The notes under the pieces are model-generated. The model did not search any database, was not told where the DNA came from, and saw only the letters and a program-made list of their open reading frames with translations. DNA of 64,000 nucleotides from Macrostomum lignano (Eukaryota): contig NIVC01000152.1 of NCBI GenBank assembly GCA_002269645.1, positions 1 to 64,000 on the forward strand, written 5' to 3'. The position numbers and the translations under genes were made by a program. Positions 1-25,179 of this stretch are shown in pieces (positions within the stretch are counted from its first letter, which is position 1; every line of letters starts with the position of its first letter).

Positions 1-693
1 TCCTTTGGATGTTCACTCTGTTAGAGTCATGCTTGGGCCGCAACCTAGGGATTCACTCGGCCGTTTCTATTGGCAACACACACATGTAAGTCGCTATTTG
101 GACCGAATAGCAGTCCCGTGACTGCTCTCTCAGCCAATAGCGACTTACATGTGTGTTTGCCAATAGAAACGGCCGAGTGATTCCCAAGGTTGCGCATGTA
201 TGTTAGAGTGCTTCCATCACAAGCCAATGGCATTTGTTCGACAGCCTAGCATATGGTCCACAATTCTGGGGCTGAACTTGCTCCTCCGAAACAGTTAAGT
301 TACAATTAAATGCCGCTGTGCCAGCCTTGCTACCATAGACAAAAGCTTTGTTACATTGACAAACGTATCTTGGATTAAATTAAATGCGTGTAAGCCCAAA
401 CGGGCTGAAACAGCTATACTGACTTTTTGTCTTAAATATGATTCAAAAGTTAATGGAAAGTGTTTGTGCCTGAATCCCAAATTACATTTTTCCTTTATTT
501 ACTGTTGCCAAGTGTCTGCATTTATTCAATATTTTCTGCTACCCGCCACTTATGGTTGATATATTTACAAAAACTATTTTGCCCGTATCATACTGCTTCC
601 GGTTGCTAAACAGCTGTAATTCAAGTACATTTAGGGCTAGCCAAATCCATCAGTCTTCCATTACTAAAAGAAAAACAAAAACTCTGAACTCAC

Positions 694-3600
694 TCTCAAC
701 GTGTAGCCGATTAACATCGCTTTTTAATTTCAATTGGATTCGGCCACGTCGCTCTGTGTGATCAATGCCGCACAGGCCTGGGACGTTCTTCTCGCAGCGC
801 TTGTGCACGTTCATGTCGCAGCCTTGAAGAAATTGTTTGCGGGCGAGCGCGACTTTTAATTATTCGAGCTCGGGACCTCCTAAATACCCACCTCCAAAAA
901 CTAAGACTTACTCTCGCACTTGAGGCCCTGGTGGAACAGGCCGTAGAGCAGTGAGCCACAGTGGTCGCAGAATGTTGGACTCGTATAGCTGATCACCCTG
1001 AACCTGTGACTGTTCTGGTACTGTAATTGGGGCGAGCGTTTCATTAACTCGTGAATTTTCCGTCAGGCTTTGTCTAAAAGCTATTTTTAATTACGAGTGC
1101 GGAACCATACTATGATAGCAATGATTCCCAATATGACCTTAATGATGCTTTTTTCAATTATCTCGATTTCTCTTACTAAGGACTTGATGACTCTCATTAA
1201 TAAGTATTAGTTCATTATTCGCACGAGTCTTTTGAGCTACCTGGCGCAACGCATGTTCCACAACGACACAGCGGCATCGTCCTAAATTCAGCGATCAGCA
1301 ATAAGGCAATTCTGCGCATTCCGCTGACTCCTGAGCACATGGCAGCGCGCAAATACTGTATGCAGTCACGCACTCATGCACACGCTCTCACAGGGTGTAC
1401 AGCGGTCCTGACTTTCTAATCGTCAGGCATGTACACTCTCTGTGCCTTAGGGGTTGGCCCTCATGGTTGAGAATCGCACGACACCCTCCGGCCCATTTTC
1501 GTGCACATGCACACAAGCGTTCACCGCTGAGCTGCTGTAACCTAATCATTCTCATTGTTTTATTGATGATTCACCGATGATCTCAACGTTTATTAATTTT
1601 GAATCCAATATTTTTACTTTCGAATCTCACTAACTCATAATTCATGATTAGTCGCTCTAAGACCTCTCCGAATTTCACTTTGACCTTGGAGTCTCACTAC
1701 GATCTGTTCGTGAATTTATTTTTTACAGGAGAACTTAAAATAATGCACTGTAATTCATTGTGCTCAGGTACTTTTAATTTAGAGCTTCAGACTGATAATG
1801 GCAGTACAGTGTGCTCTGATAAAGAAGGATTCATACTCGAAAAACGGAATCGCCCCTACATATTCAACCCTTAGAAGCAGTACCGAGCTCTCGATGAACC
1901 GCCTCGACCTGTCAATCAAGCAGGTGCTTCTCAAACGGGACAGCAGCAGACGAGGCAGACAGCTGCCTTAAATAAAACAGCAGGCTTCTCTCTATGCAGC
2001 CTTACATGGACAAGACCAGGAGGAAAAAGGAAATTGAAAATGTGGGAAGAGAGACAGATGGCCCGGTGGATACAATCGAAAGGCGTAGTTGTTGTGGGGA
2101 CTCCTGCTAAAACCTCCGCTAAAAGGACAGAGACACGCATGCAGACGCTAAATTAGTCATTTTTACTGCATTGCTAAGACTAAAGAGACATTTTAAAATG
2201 ATATGAACTCGAGGGAAAATATACATGACAAGTTTGATCTCATCGGGTAATTAAGATTAGGTGACAGTCAGTGGCTGATCAGGTAAGATTCACTCACGTC
2301 AGAGTCGGGGCCCCGGTCGGCACCAGGGCAGGCGAATGTCACGAGCTCATGGCAGCGCTTGTGAACGGCGAATGAACAGACTGTGGGATGAAAAATGAAG
2401 GCAAACAGTTTTTCTCCCAAACTCCTAGTACACTTCAAGCTTTCAGCCGTGTATTACTCTTATGTACTCGTAGAACAAAATTCTCGATTAAACTTACTTT
2501 TGCATTGAAATCCTTGCTTGCCGAAGCCCCTAAAAACAAGTGAGAAAGACAGTGTTTCATAAACTGCGATTGAAATGTGTTCATGGCGACTGTCTAAACA
2601 CAACTGGATAAACTGAAACACATAAATTTGCATACGAGTGTGGTTACGCCCTTGAGCGAAAGTTGGTTGAGCTCACAACCATATAAATTAGCATGGTAAC
2701 TAAGCGGAACGGGGCTAAGCTGATGGATCCATCGGAATAGAAAAACAAAATAATATTTAACAGGCTAGTCAAATTTCATCAACGAGTGGCGAGGCCTTGC
2801 GTGAGCACACTCGAGCTAGGAAGAGCCTCACTACTAGCTCTATCCATTTTTCCTCCCTGTCTCTCTGTGTCGTTCGTCTCCCTCTTAAAGTCCCATCCTA
2901 GGCGACATAGCGGACTAGACCCCTGAAACAATTCTACTGCAGCAAAATAGCGGGTTTCTAACCGACGGGGGACGGGGAAGAGAGGGTGGGGTAGGCAGGA
3001 TGAGGGAGAGAGGATAAATGCCAGACCTACGCAGTCGGTTGCGAACCGAGGCTATTATTCCCAACTGTCTGTTATTCCTGCCCTCCCACTCTGCACCCCT
3101 TAATGCAGTTCCTCGCTCATACACTCGCGATTTTTCGCTGCAGTCAGCCACTAATTTTAGTCGGCCCATGCTATAGTGATAGTACACACTGCTGCCCGAG
3201 AGCGTCTGGGCCTGCGGAGCCGCAAAACAGCCCGGGACCAACCGAGTTCAAACCCTGGGCTGGCTTGGGGTGCTGCAGTACTTTGGCATTTGGCCCGCCC
3301 GCTAGAGGTCATTCGCGAGATGGTAGGGAGGAGGAGCCACCCCTGTTTCTATGCCATACAATGTCCATCTACCGGTCAGTTGAACTGGCTTTGCACTGCA
3401 CTGTTGCCTGCCTATGAAGAAATACATACGAAGTAATATCTGATATATGATTCGCGCGCTAGAAACACAGATAAATAAAACCGACGTGGCACAGAGGAGA
3501 AGACGGGCCATGAGGCCATGGGGGCTGGGGACAGGAGGGCCAGCTGCAATTTCAAACTAATCAAGAACAAACAGAAGCGGGCACGCGCCTGCAATTCAAC

Positions 3601-4479
3601 ATAGCGAGACTTGAAAGCTGCTGAGCCCACCAGCCTCTAGGAAGCATCAACACCAGTGTGCTTCTGTACATTCAATGGTACATTTTGTATCCTTTCATTC
3701 AATCTAAACAGCATTGACAAAATAAGACTAAATTATTATTGGCAGTGACACTGATAAGTGAGTTATGCTTAACTAAACTAATAAAATGCTGCACTTTGTG
3801 ACAAATGCAAAATACAAGAGTTATTTTTTCATGTTGATAACTATTTAAAAATTTGCTTCACAAGATGATAAAGCTAAGATTTACTATCTATTCTTGTATG
3901 CTTAAACTAAAATATATCTATGTCTAATGTAATGCATATAACTATGTCTATATTAAAAATTCCTAAATGAATGATAAAAAATATCAAACAAAATTTAGTT
4001 AGCATTTATAGTTAAACAATAAAAGTGCAATTTTAAAATTCATTTGTGGCACTAAAAAATCTCTTGTAATTTATCTACTAAAGGGAATCATGTTATTTTT
4101 AAATTTAAATGAATAAATATAGTACAGAATAGTAAACACCGCAATATTTAGATATGGATGCAGAAAATTTATGTGATTAGGCATTTTTGCTCAATATTGC
4201 ATGCTTTAAGTTTAAAGAAAGACTAATGAAGAAAATGCTTGTTGTAATGCAACTTTAACAATTAGATATAGGCATAAATTATTTCATAAAATATAAATAC
4301 TTACAAAAAATGGAGTTAACTCACCATATAAAATCGGTGCAATGGCCACAAAATGTGGGTTGCTTAAAAAACCGCGCAACAAACTTGTGGTTTTTAACCT
4401 CGTGTACATTCTTTTGACGCAAAGCACCACGTCGAGCAAATCCTTTTGCGAGAGGCTCTTGATCATTATTTGGCTCCAT
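694..4479 (-). CDS. PRKCA: Conventional protein kinase C (PKC alpha/beta type), 5' portion (pseudosubstrate, C1A, C1B, start of C2); continues beyond the left edge of the window
   Basis: Five GT-AG exons joined in frame: 4479-4325, 2529-2498, 2380-2298, 1020-912, 822-694. Translation [157 protein letters not shown]... shows the RRGALRQK pseudosubstrate and tandem C1 zinc fingers. Absent from the ORF track. The alpha/beta/gamma distinction cannot be resolved. Confidence 0.95.
1385..1535 (-). mobile_element. tRNA-derived SINE (family 2) in PKC intron 3
   Basis: Reverse strand AGCTCAGCGGT..GTGCAC..CCATGAGGGCCAACCCCTAAGGCACAGAGAGTGTACATGCCTGACGATTAGAAAGTCAGGACCGCTGTACACCCTGTGA aligns with 60470-60540. 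Confidence 0.65.
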
Positions 4480-4863
4480 TTCTATAAGTTTAAATTAAAA
4501 TTACAGCAGCTAGTAAAGCTAAAATTTTACCCGAAAAAAATTAATCTAGATTTAAGGCGCGTCAGCGTCGCTAGTATGCTGCCGTAACATAAGATTAAGA
4601 GATAAATAATTGTGAAGCCAATGTGAATCAATGAATTTCCGGATACAAAGTCTAATATATTTTAAATAAAATAGCTGTTAAAAAATTAATACCTAGCTTT
4701 AAACGTGATACTGCGCTACGAAAAGTCTTTCTCGACTACGCCTTGCGATAAAAATGCTGCCGAAAGATACGAGTTAAAAGCACGCCACTTTCTGTGTACA
4801 TCGATGTTCCTATCGTTGATAACGAAAAATGTTAATGATTTACAGGATTTTAAAAAGCCATTG

Positions 4864-4871
4864 TGACGTCA
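4864..4871. promoter_or_regulatory. Perfect CRE palindrome (TGACGTCA) upstream of PKC
   Basis: TGACGTCA about 385 bp 5' of the PKC ATG; motif match only. Confidence 0.25.
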
Positions 4872-5087
4872 GCGCATTTTGTTTTTTTAGCACTAAACTA
4901 AACAAAAGCAAAGACTCTAACGAAAGTAACGACTACTTCATCGCTATGTATTTTGTATTTATAAATGATGTATTGTAGGAATGATTCACCCATTTCAACA
5001 CAGTGCCTAAATTTAAATCCTAGTTTTTTAAATCAAGGTATCTGAAAGCATATTAGGTTTTGAGGTTAAACAGAATCTATTACTATC

Positions 5088-5152
<65 letters not shown>

Positions 5153-5199
5153 CCATCCTTCAATAAATAGATAAATGAATGAATGAATGAATGAATGAA

Positions 5200-5230
<31 letters not shown>

Positions 5231-5234
5231 ATCC

Positions 5235-5267
<33 letters not shown>

Positions 5268-5280
5268 CCAATCAATCAGT
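5088..5280. repeat. Compound tetranucleotide microsatellite (ATCA)n-(AATG)n-(AATA)n-(ATCA)n
   Basis: Successive tetramer runs read directly. Confidence 0.95.
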
Positions 5281-5308
5281 CAGTCTATCTATCTTCCATC
5301 AATCGATA

Positions 5309-7266
<1,958 letters not shown>

Positions 7267-7514
7267 CTATATCTATTCATATAATACATACAGTATTAGT
7301 TGCACACTACTACGGGTAGCATCATTTGGCTATCTTGTCAACAAATCGCTAGAGCGGCAGTCGATTGTCCAATTAAAATACAACGTCTTACTGTACGCAG
7401 CCCTCATGTGTAAGATTGCTATAAGTGTAAGCATTGTTGCTAGCTGATTCATTTCTAGACACGGACAAACCAGTGAGTAATACGACCAACAGTTCAGAGC
7501 AATAGGTTTGCAAG

Positions 7515-16723
<9,209 letters not shown>

Positions 16724-17185
16724 AAGCCGTTCCCATGACAACCAATTTTAATTTGAATGCTGCATGGACGATAAAAACAGAATGATCAGAGTTTGCTTCA
16801 AATCGGATTGGCGCCATTGCAACTTCTGAATTGCTAGTGAATTAAGTCTGCTTTTTTCCAAGTCTGATTCCCATTTTTAAAACTAAATTTTTAAATTAAA
16901 TTCGTTAAAATGCTACCAGAGCAAGCAAGCAAAGTTTATAACTCAGTCAACCTCGAAACAAAACATTGTCTTCTTGCTTCATAAGCGATTCGTGATTTGA
17001 GTAGGTTAAATTATCTACCTTGTTATCGCTAAGAACTTTATATTTGAATTTCGTCAATGCATTGTGAAGACAAAAACCGTCACAATCGAAATTTCAACGA
17101 TTTGCGAGTGTAGCTCATTATCTGTGCTTCAGTTGTCCATGAAATGAGTCATCTCACTGCGACAAAACTCAGGTTCGAGCTCTTT

Positions 17186-17310
17186 CACAGGGTGTACAGC
17201 GGGCTATTTTTTGTGCACAATTCTCAAAATTATCGCCGCGAACGGAATCGAATCAGGCATCGCGAGAGTCAGAGGCGCTACCGCTCGCTCAGTCACTCTG
17301 TGTCCTGAGA
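17186..17310 (-). mobile_element. tRNA-derived SINE (family 2), internally deleted copy
   Basis: Reverse strand GAGCGGTAGCG...TTCGATTCCGTTCGC...TTGTGCAC...CCGCTGTACACCCTGTGA, shared with copies at 1385, 20158 and 60372. Confidence 0.6.
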
Positions 17311-17549
17311 TGAAACCATAGCAACTGTATAAACAACGGCTATGTAACCTTAGCAACTGTATCTACGACACTTTGACTTTTAAAAAATTGCACTTTAATT
17401 TTTAAAAAAACGAAAAATATTTTTTGCTTTTTTTCTTGAAGCAGGCATAACTTGTTTTCTTTTCGTCTTTTCTAATTTAAAGTAAATGTTTTTTTAAAAA
17501 CTACGCATATATTCATAGCTCTATGGTAGCGTAGCGGTTCGTCTAAAAT

Positions 17550-17690
17550 CACCAGGTGTAGCTGATAGCTTAGCCAGGTGTAGCTGATAGCTTAGCCAGG
17601 TGTAGCTGATAGCTTAGCCAGGTGTAGCTGATAGCTTAGCCAGGTGTAGCTGATAGCTTAGCCAGGTGTAGCTGAAAGCTTAGCCAGCTT
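17550..17690. repeat. 22-bp minisatellite (CCAGGTGTAGCTGATAGCTTAG), ~6 copies
   Basis: Reverse complement of the array at 21920-22290. Confidence 0.95.
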
Positions 17691-17722
17691 TAAAAGCCGG
17701 CACTGACAATTGCAACACCACA

Positions 17723-17760
17723 GGCTCTACTACGGGCCAAATAACAGCACGACTCCCTGA
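17723..17760 (+). pseudogene. Degenerate inverted copy of the terminal exon of the small membrane protein gene
   Basis: CACCACAGGCTCTACTACGGGCCAAATAACAGCACGACTCCCTGA matches the exon at 21872-21826, but the acceptor TTGTAG reads TTGCAA and 2 nt are deleted. Confidence 0.7.
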
Positions 17761-18036
17761 AATGCGTCCGCCATATGCGCCATGTGTGACATGCAAGCTG
17801 CTCCACTGCACTGCACTATAAAATTTTCATTGCTTATAGAAGATATTTTTGCATTGCAAATTTGCGTGTTTTTGTCTGTATTCTTGAAGTCTTCTAAAAT
17901 CGTCTAAAACAAAAAAGATTGAAGTAATCAATAACCGCTAAAAACTAAAAACTTTAAGAAATTGTTTTCAATGCTTGGTTTGTAGATCTAAAACCCTTGC
18001 ATTGGTGTCTAGATCTGCAACCCTAGCAATGGAGAC

Positions 18037-18660
18037 TTGGTTTGCATGGGACAAGGCGGTTGGCGGCCTGGAGTCTGGCGGCCTGGATGTCGAGCTTCTG
18101 AAGTCAGAGAAGCAGCTCCGTCTGCTGAAGCTACGCAAAGAAACTGCCCTGCTACAGACGGAGGTCATACAGCTTCAGCGGCTGCCCACAGCTTCATCCT
18201 TAACCCCGGTGAATTGCTCATTAACCTGTGGTCAGATGATAAGGATGCTGCGCTGCAGGAGCCCGCTTTGGGGGCCAGCAAGGTGTATCGAATCCCCGAA
18301 TTCAGCAATAAGAGGAAGCAGCAAGACTCAGGCGTTACCCATGCAGTCAGGCAGAGTTGCATTTAAAGTGAAGAGGCTGTTGTTGACTCGCTGACGTTTG
18401 GAGACTGGATCTCTGCGAATGCCAGGATTATGCTGAGGTTGCTGGATGACGGCAGTCTGGTGAAGAGTGGTCCAGATGGCCAGCCGGATGTTTCAGAGCT
18501 GCGTGACTACCTGTGCTACACGGTGCACATTGGCGAGCTGTTTGAACTCGGGTTTGACAGGGCTCATGATATGAGGTTCGAGAATGAGTGCAGCTGAGTC
18601 AGAGAGATCGGATCTGGGACGAGTTGCCTGATGGCATCGCAGAATGCCCCAGCGACTAGG
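18037..18660 (+). mobile_element. Decayed DIRS/Ngaro-like ORF1 (gag-like) fragment
   Basis: KVYRIPEF...*SEEAVVDSLTFGDWISANARIMLRLL...LRDYLCYTVHIGELF resembles the W..AN.RI...DYL.YT..I.EL block of tyrosine-recombinase retrotransposon ORF1; internal stops present. Confidence 0.5.
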
Positions 18661-19826
18661 TAAGAAAACCTTTTCTGAGTAATGCTTTTCGAGTTAAGTT
18701 AAGTTACTAAGTTATTAATAGATCGGCCTCCAACTTTTGTAGTTTCCCGTCCCTAGTTATTGAGTAGTACATCTTTCATCTCTAGCAAAGTAAGATTGCT
18801 CTGGTCTGCCCACTCAAGTTGACTTTAAAGCCTTGCGGCGAAAAAATGCCCGCGTTGACTCGCAAAAATTGCGGAATAAAAACTATTTACATGATAGATT
18901 ATATCTGATAAGGTTGTAGTTAAAAGTTAAATGGTCCTCTCTCTGGACAAATATCCAGACTGTATGTAGAGTATCATTCATTCATAAAATGCTACTGTAA
19001 GTAGAGTAACGCAAACACGCGCAGCAAAGTAAAACAATGAATCACGACCCTGATAAGGTAAACGGTGTCCTCACACCTATCGTATTCGAGCAAATTCTAT
19101 TCAACTGTCAAAGGGTCCGTCAAGTTTCTAAGATTTGACCTTTTCACCCCATGAAACTAAACCGGAATAAACCGATTTTTGCAAAAATTGTGTATGAATA
19201 CAAGCGGAGCCTGAAAAACCTCAAACTCGGAGCAGTCCCAAAGGAGTTGGACATTTTCGAGAGGAGCGGGACGACATCTCTGAGATAAATCCGTGCCGCC
19301 TTCTGAGCCGTCATTTTCTTCGATCTTTGACAGCTGAGTTGTTATCGGCGATTTTGTTTAATTGATTTTTGTTGAACTTTGAATTAAAGGCCTCCCTATT
19401 CCTAAGGGATTGGATAGGATCCTTGGGACCGATTCCGATACTCTTAGACGTTCATTACCTTGTGGTACCCTAGAGTAGCAGATAGGGGCACACGACTCCG
19501 ATTCTGATATTTCTAGAAGAAGACGCCCTTTCTGGAGGACCTCGTTGCTATAGATTTGATTGTATTATTGGGCCGCATCTTTGATATTGATTCCGAACTT
19601 GAAGAGTATATTAACGCCGAAGAATAGAATTGTTACATTCACTAAGATGGTCTCATACGCTCCCACGCGGCCGACTTCAGAATCGACGAAGGGAATCCCG
19701 AAAGACTACGCGCTACTTAGTGAAGAATCTGCATGACAAGAAGAGGAGACCGCCGCGGTAAGTGATCACTAAATTTGCTCCCAGGCTTGCGGTCCGGAAG
19801 TGGGAGTTCGTGCGCTTAGACACGTG

Positions 19827-20112
<286 letters not shown>

Positions 20113-20157
20113 CTTCCATCTGTCTCTTGTGCCAGTAAAGTGTACTTACTAGTGAAC

Positions 20158-20305
20158 AGCTCAGCTCAGCGGTAGCGCACCCGACTCATCGCACCAAAGT
20201 GCCAGCTGGGTTCGATTCCGTTTGCGGCCATTTTGTTTGGGGCTTGTGCACTGGGGCTTGTCATGCGACGGGCCAACCCCCCAAGGCACAGTTAGTGTGC
20301 ATGCC
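20158..20305 (+). mobile_element. tRNA-derived SINE (family 2)
   Basis: A-box-like AGCTCAGCGGTAG, B box GGTTCGATTCC, GTGCAC, GGGCCAACCC..AAGGCACAGTTAGTGTGCATGCC; truncated by the adjacent family-1 SINE. Confidence 0.7.
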
Positions 20306-20597
20306 GTTGTGATTAGAGCGTCGGACTCATGACTGAAAGGCCGGAGGTTCGATTCTCGACCCATTCGGAACAATCTGTGTCCTTGAGCAAGACACTTAAC
20401 TCTGCATTGCTTCAGTTCACCCAGCTGTAAAATGGGCGCCAGCATTGCTGGGGTAATTGAGGCTGTGTGTGGCGCCCCCCAGTCTTTGGACTGAACATCT
20501 GTACGCAGGCTTCAGATGCGCCTCGTAATAGCTGCGGCTGAGCTGTCGGTTGCACATCTGCCCAAGGACAGGTGTAATCAATTATTATTATGATTAT
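20306..20597 (+). mobile_element. Near full-length CORE-type SINE (family 1) with 3' tail ending in (ATT)n
   Basis: Head GATTAGAGCGTCGGACTC..GGTTCGATTCTC, CORE-like domain, tail ..GGCTGAGCTGTCGGTTGCACATCTGCC..ATTATTATTATG. Confidence 0.8.
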
Positions 20598-20748
20598 GCC
20601 GTTGTACATCCTGTGTGATTGCGAGCCTGCTTGTACGTGTGCGTGCTCAGAGGTCAGCGGAAAGGCCCTGACTGCTCTTGATCTGCTACAGCGCCCTCCA
20701 GAGCCCCCTGCAAGCTAACTGGCACACTGAATAACCCTTATATTGCAG

Positions 20749-20928
20749 GCTCCCAGAACGGTCGGGAAATCCAGCCTCCCCAGGCTGCATCATCCCATTG
20801 GCTCCGCACTGCGTAGGCGGAGCTCGCCCGCTCAGGCTAGCCTGAGTGCGGTGCTGAGCGGGGCAGCGGCATCAGCATGGCGGAGCTGGGCGTCCGGATC
20901 TCGAGGCGTCGTGGCCGGCGGCGGCTAA
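20749..20928 (+). pseudogene. Duplicate of the GPCR terminal exon with a frameshift (pseudo-exon or alternative last exon)
   Basis: Intact TATTGCAG acceptor. APRTVGKSSLPRLHHPIGSALRRRSSPAQ matches exon 5, then a net 10-nt deletion shifts the frame to ...AAASAWRSWASGSRGVVAGGG*. Confidence 0.75.
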
Positions 20929-21109
20929 CGCAGCTTCCAGCAAAACCGTTTCCATGACAACCGATTTCTGAGACGTCTAAACCAGAAGGATCTGCTTTTG
21001 CTGAATATTGCAACTTCTGAATTATTAGATAATCAAGTATCTGCTTTGTTCCAAGTTTTGTTCCCAGTTTTCAAACAAAGGTTGTTACAATTCTACCTGA
21101 GCAAGCAGT

Positions 21110-21388
21110 AATAATAATAATAATAATAATATTAAAATACTAATGCCTCAAAGGCAGATGTGCAACCCACAGCTCAGCCGCAGCTATTGCGCAGCGCATC
21201 TAAAGGCTGCGTACGGCGTTCAGTCCAAGGACTGGGGGGTCGCCGCATACACCCTCAATCAGCTTAAGGGTTGTAGCCAAGTGGTTCGATTCTTGCCCTA
21301 CCCGGACAATTTGTGTCCTTGAGCAAGACACTTAACTCTGCATGGCTTCAGTTCACCCGGCTGTAAAATGGGTGCCAGCATCAGGGCA
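21110..21388. mobile_element. Rearranged family-1 SINE pieces: tail on - (21110-21268) next to head/CORE on + (21275-21388)
   Basis: (TAA)n plus the reverse complement of the 20455-20597 tail, followed by GGTTCGATTCTT..TGTGTCCTTGAGCAAGACACTTAAC. Confidence 0.7.
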
Positions 21389-21825
21389 AGCAAGCAAAGT
21401 ATCCACAAAAAGCACAGTTGCTCTTGTCGACATGTACGGGGCAACCCCATCAATTGTTGAGCAAAACCGCTAACAGGTCCACCGCTTTTTAGAGAGGACC
21501 ATGTTTGTAAATAAATATTATAATAAATTAATTTTTTGTTCATTTCTTGCAGCTTGCATAACCTTCTTTTGCTTTCGTCTATTCTAATTTGAAGTACATG
21601 TTTTAGAAAACTATGCATACAATCATAGTACAGAAACGTTTGCGGTTATTGATTCAATCTTTTGTATTTTAGACGATTTTCGAAAAGATCAAGAATACAA
21701 ATAAAACTCTCAAATTTACAATGCAAAAATATATTGTGTAAACAAAGTAAGTCACATCAAAATTCAATGGAGCAGTGCAGTGGAGCAGCTTCCATGTCAC
21801 ACATGGTGCAAATGGCGGACGCAGT

Positions 21826-23552
<1,727 letters not shown>

Positions 23553-24639
23553 TCAAGAAATGCTCACCTCTCACGCGCAGCAACCCCTCCGGGGTTGTGG
23601 GGGCGATAAAATCGATTTCTGCTTCTCTTGAACTGCCCAATAATTATTGATTCTCAGCGGGCGGGGTGGGGGGCATGAAATTCCAACCCAACCTCCAGTT
23701 TTTATTCTGTTCTTCTTCGTCTTTTCTTTCCCCGACATTTTCATTTCCGAGGAGAGGAAAGCAGTGCAGTGTGCATGTGGTGAACAATACGAATTCCCAA
23801 ACCCAGTACAGCCTGTTCTGGATACATGCTGCAGGCACTCGCCCCTCAGATGATCACTGTGCCCAGTAGGTCACCTTCATCAGTATTTAGTTGTCAATAA
23901 TAGCACCTGTCAATCAAATTTACAGTGACAATAGTCAAAGAGTAGTGAGATTGCCTTACACAGAGTGATAATAAGCCGAAACTTGAAACCAATTTTCGAG
24001 CCACCATCTATAGCTAACTGTGCCAGAGAAGCGATGTCCAGGTGGCCACACATAATTCAACAGAATCTGCTGTCTTTATGCAGCAAAAGTCGCGGGCCTA
24101 CGCAGAAATCTGTGCAGGAGCCGCTAGCTCCATGACAACTCGCTCGCTCTTCCGGCTCTGGTCGGTGATAGCTCGTACCTTCTGCACCAATGTCCGAGTT
24201 GGGCGCCTTAGCGCTCAGCATCTCGAGCACGGTGCAACAGAAACCCGGTTCACATGTCGATTTTTGGCTTGAGCTCAACTTTGTCCTAAGTTGAGTTTAT
24301 TTTAAATCGATAAGCTTGATTTTGCCTCGATGGGTGAGCATAACTGTTGAGAAGTTAGTGTTCCTGTGCTAGATGGCCGGTCTGTGACTTTGTGGAAATT
24401 CAGGAGGCAGGCAAATCTGCAAGTTGTTTAACAACGAGGCTTTGCTTTTAAAACGTAGCTAATTGAAAATTAGTTGCACGACTCCCGCCCTCGAGAATAA
24501 AGTCCGAGGCGGAAAACCGAAGGTCAATAACTTTGCCACCATGCGGAGAGGCAGCAGCGGGCTCAAGAAACTCTGCTTTGGATCCTCTGCGGTGAATCGC
24601 CTATTGGAGTTGCTGTTGCTGTTCAGACTGGGCTGCATT

Positions 24640-24915
24640 TCGTTCTGTGAGGGCACGCTGGCCTGCTGCGCGCCGCCTTCAAGATCAGCTACGAGCGAGT
24701 GACCAACAATAATTTTTATCACCGCGCCGGCCTGTCCCGTCCCAGCGACCTGTTGCGCCGTCGGCAACTCCAGCTGGCAGGCCACATCATCCGCGCCGAG
24801 TTGTACTGCCCAGAGCCGGTGCAGGAGGTGCTGCTGCTGACGCTGCAGGCACCCTACTGGCGGGGGCAGGCCCGCACTCGGCGTTTCGTCGACTGCCTGC
24901 TGGCTGACGCCGGCG
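24640..24915 (+). mobile_element. Non-LTR retrotransposon (RTE-like) ORF2 C-terminal remnant
   Basis: LLRAAFKISYERVTNNNFYHRAGLSRPSDLLRRRQLQLAGHIIRA...RGQARTRRFVDCLLAD matches the post-RT region of RTE-type LINEs. Confidence 0.75.
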
Positions 24916-25179
24916 CCCTCGGATTCGGCCGGTGGCGTAGCGTTCCTTCCCGACCTAGCCCTGAGGTGCACCTTGTGACGCTGAACGCGAATTCTGTTGT
25001 TTCTAATCAAAAAAATTATTAATGAATTATGCTATACAACTAAACTAGTTTTAATCTGTCTTTAGAACTTTAGATATTCGATTTTTATCTCAAAAATGAT
25101 TGAAAAATCCCCCTAAAGCTCACGCCTGCTTTGTAAACTTCATCACGATCAGCTCATCGGCTCCCGACGACTGCGCATC

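Noticed and set aside
20158-20370. Possible tRNA genes (A/B boxes here and at 16420-16476, 17240-17310, 48445-48490, 60372-60425)
   Set aside because: No complete cloverleaf or acceptor stem; each continues into SINE body sequence, except the 48445 remnant, which is too short to classify.
23644-23869. Short ORFs upstream of the small membrane gene as its first coding exon
   Set aside because: No convincing in-phase donor site links them to the 23527 acceptor.
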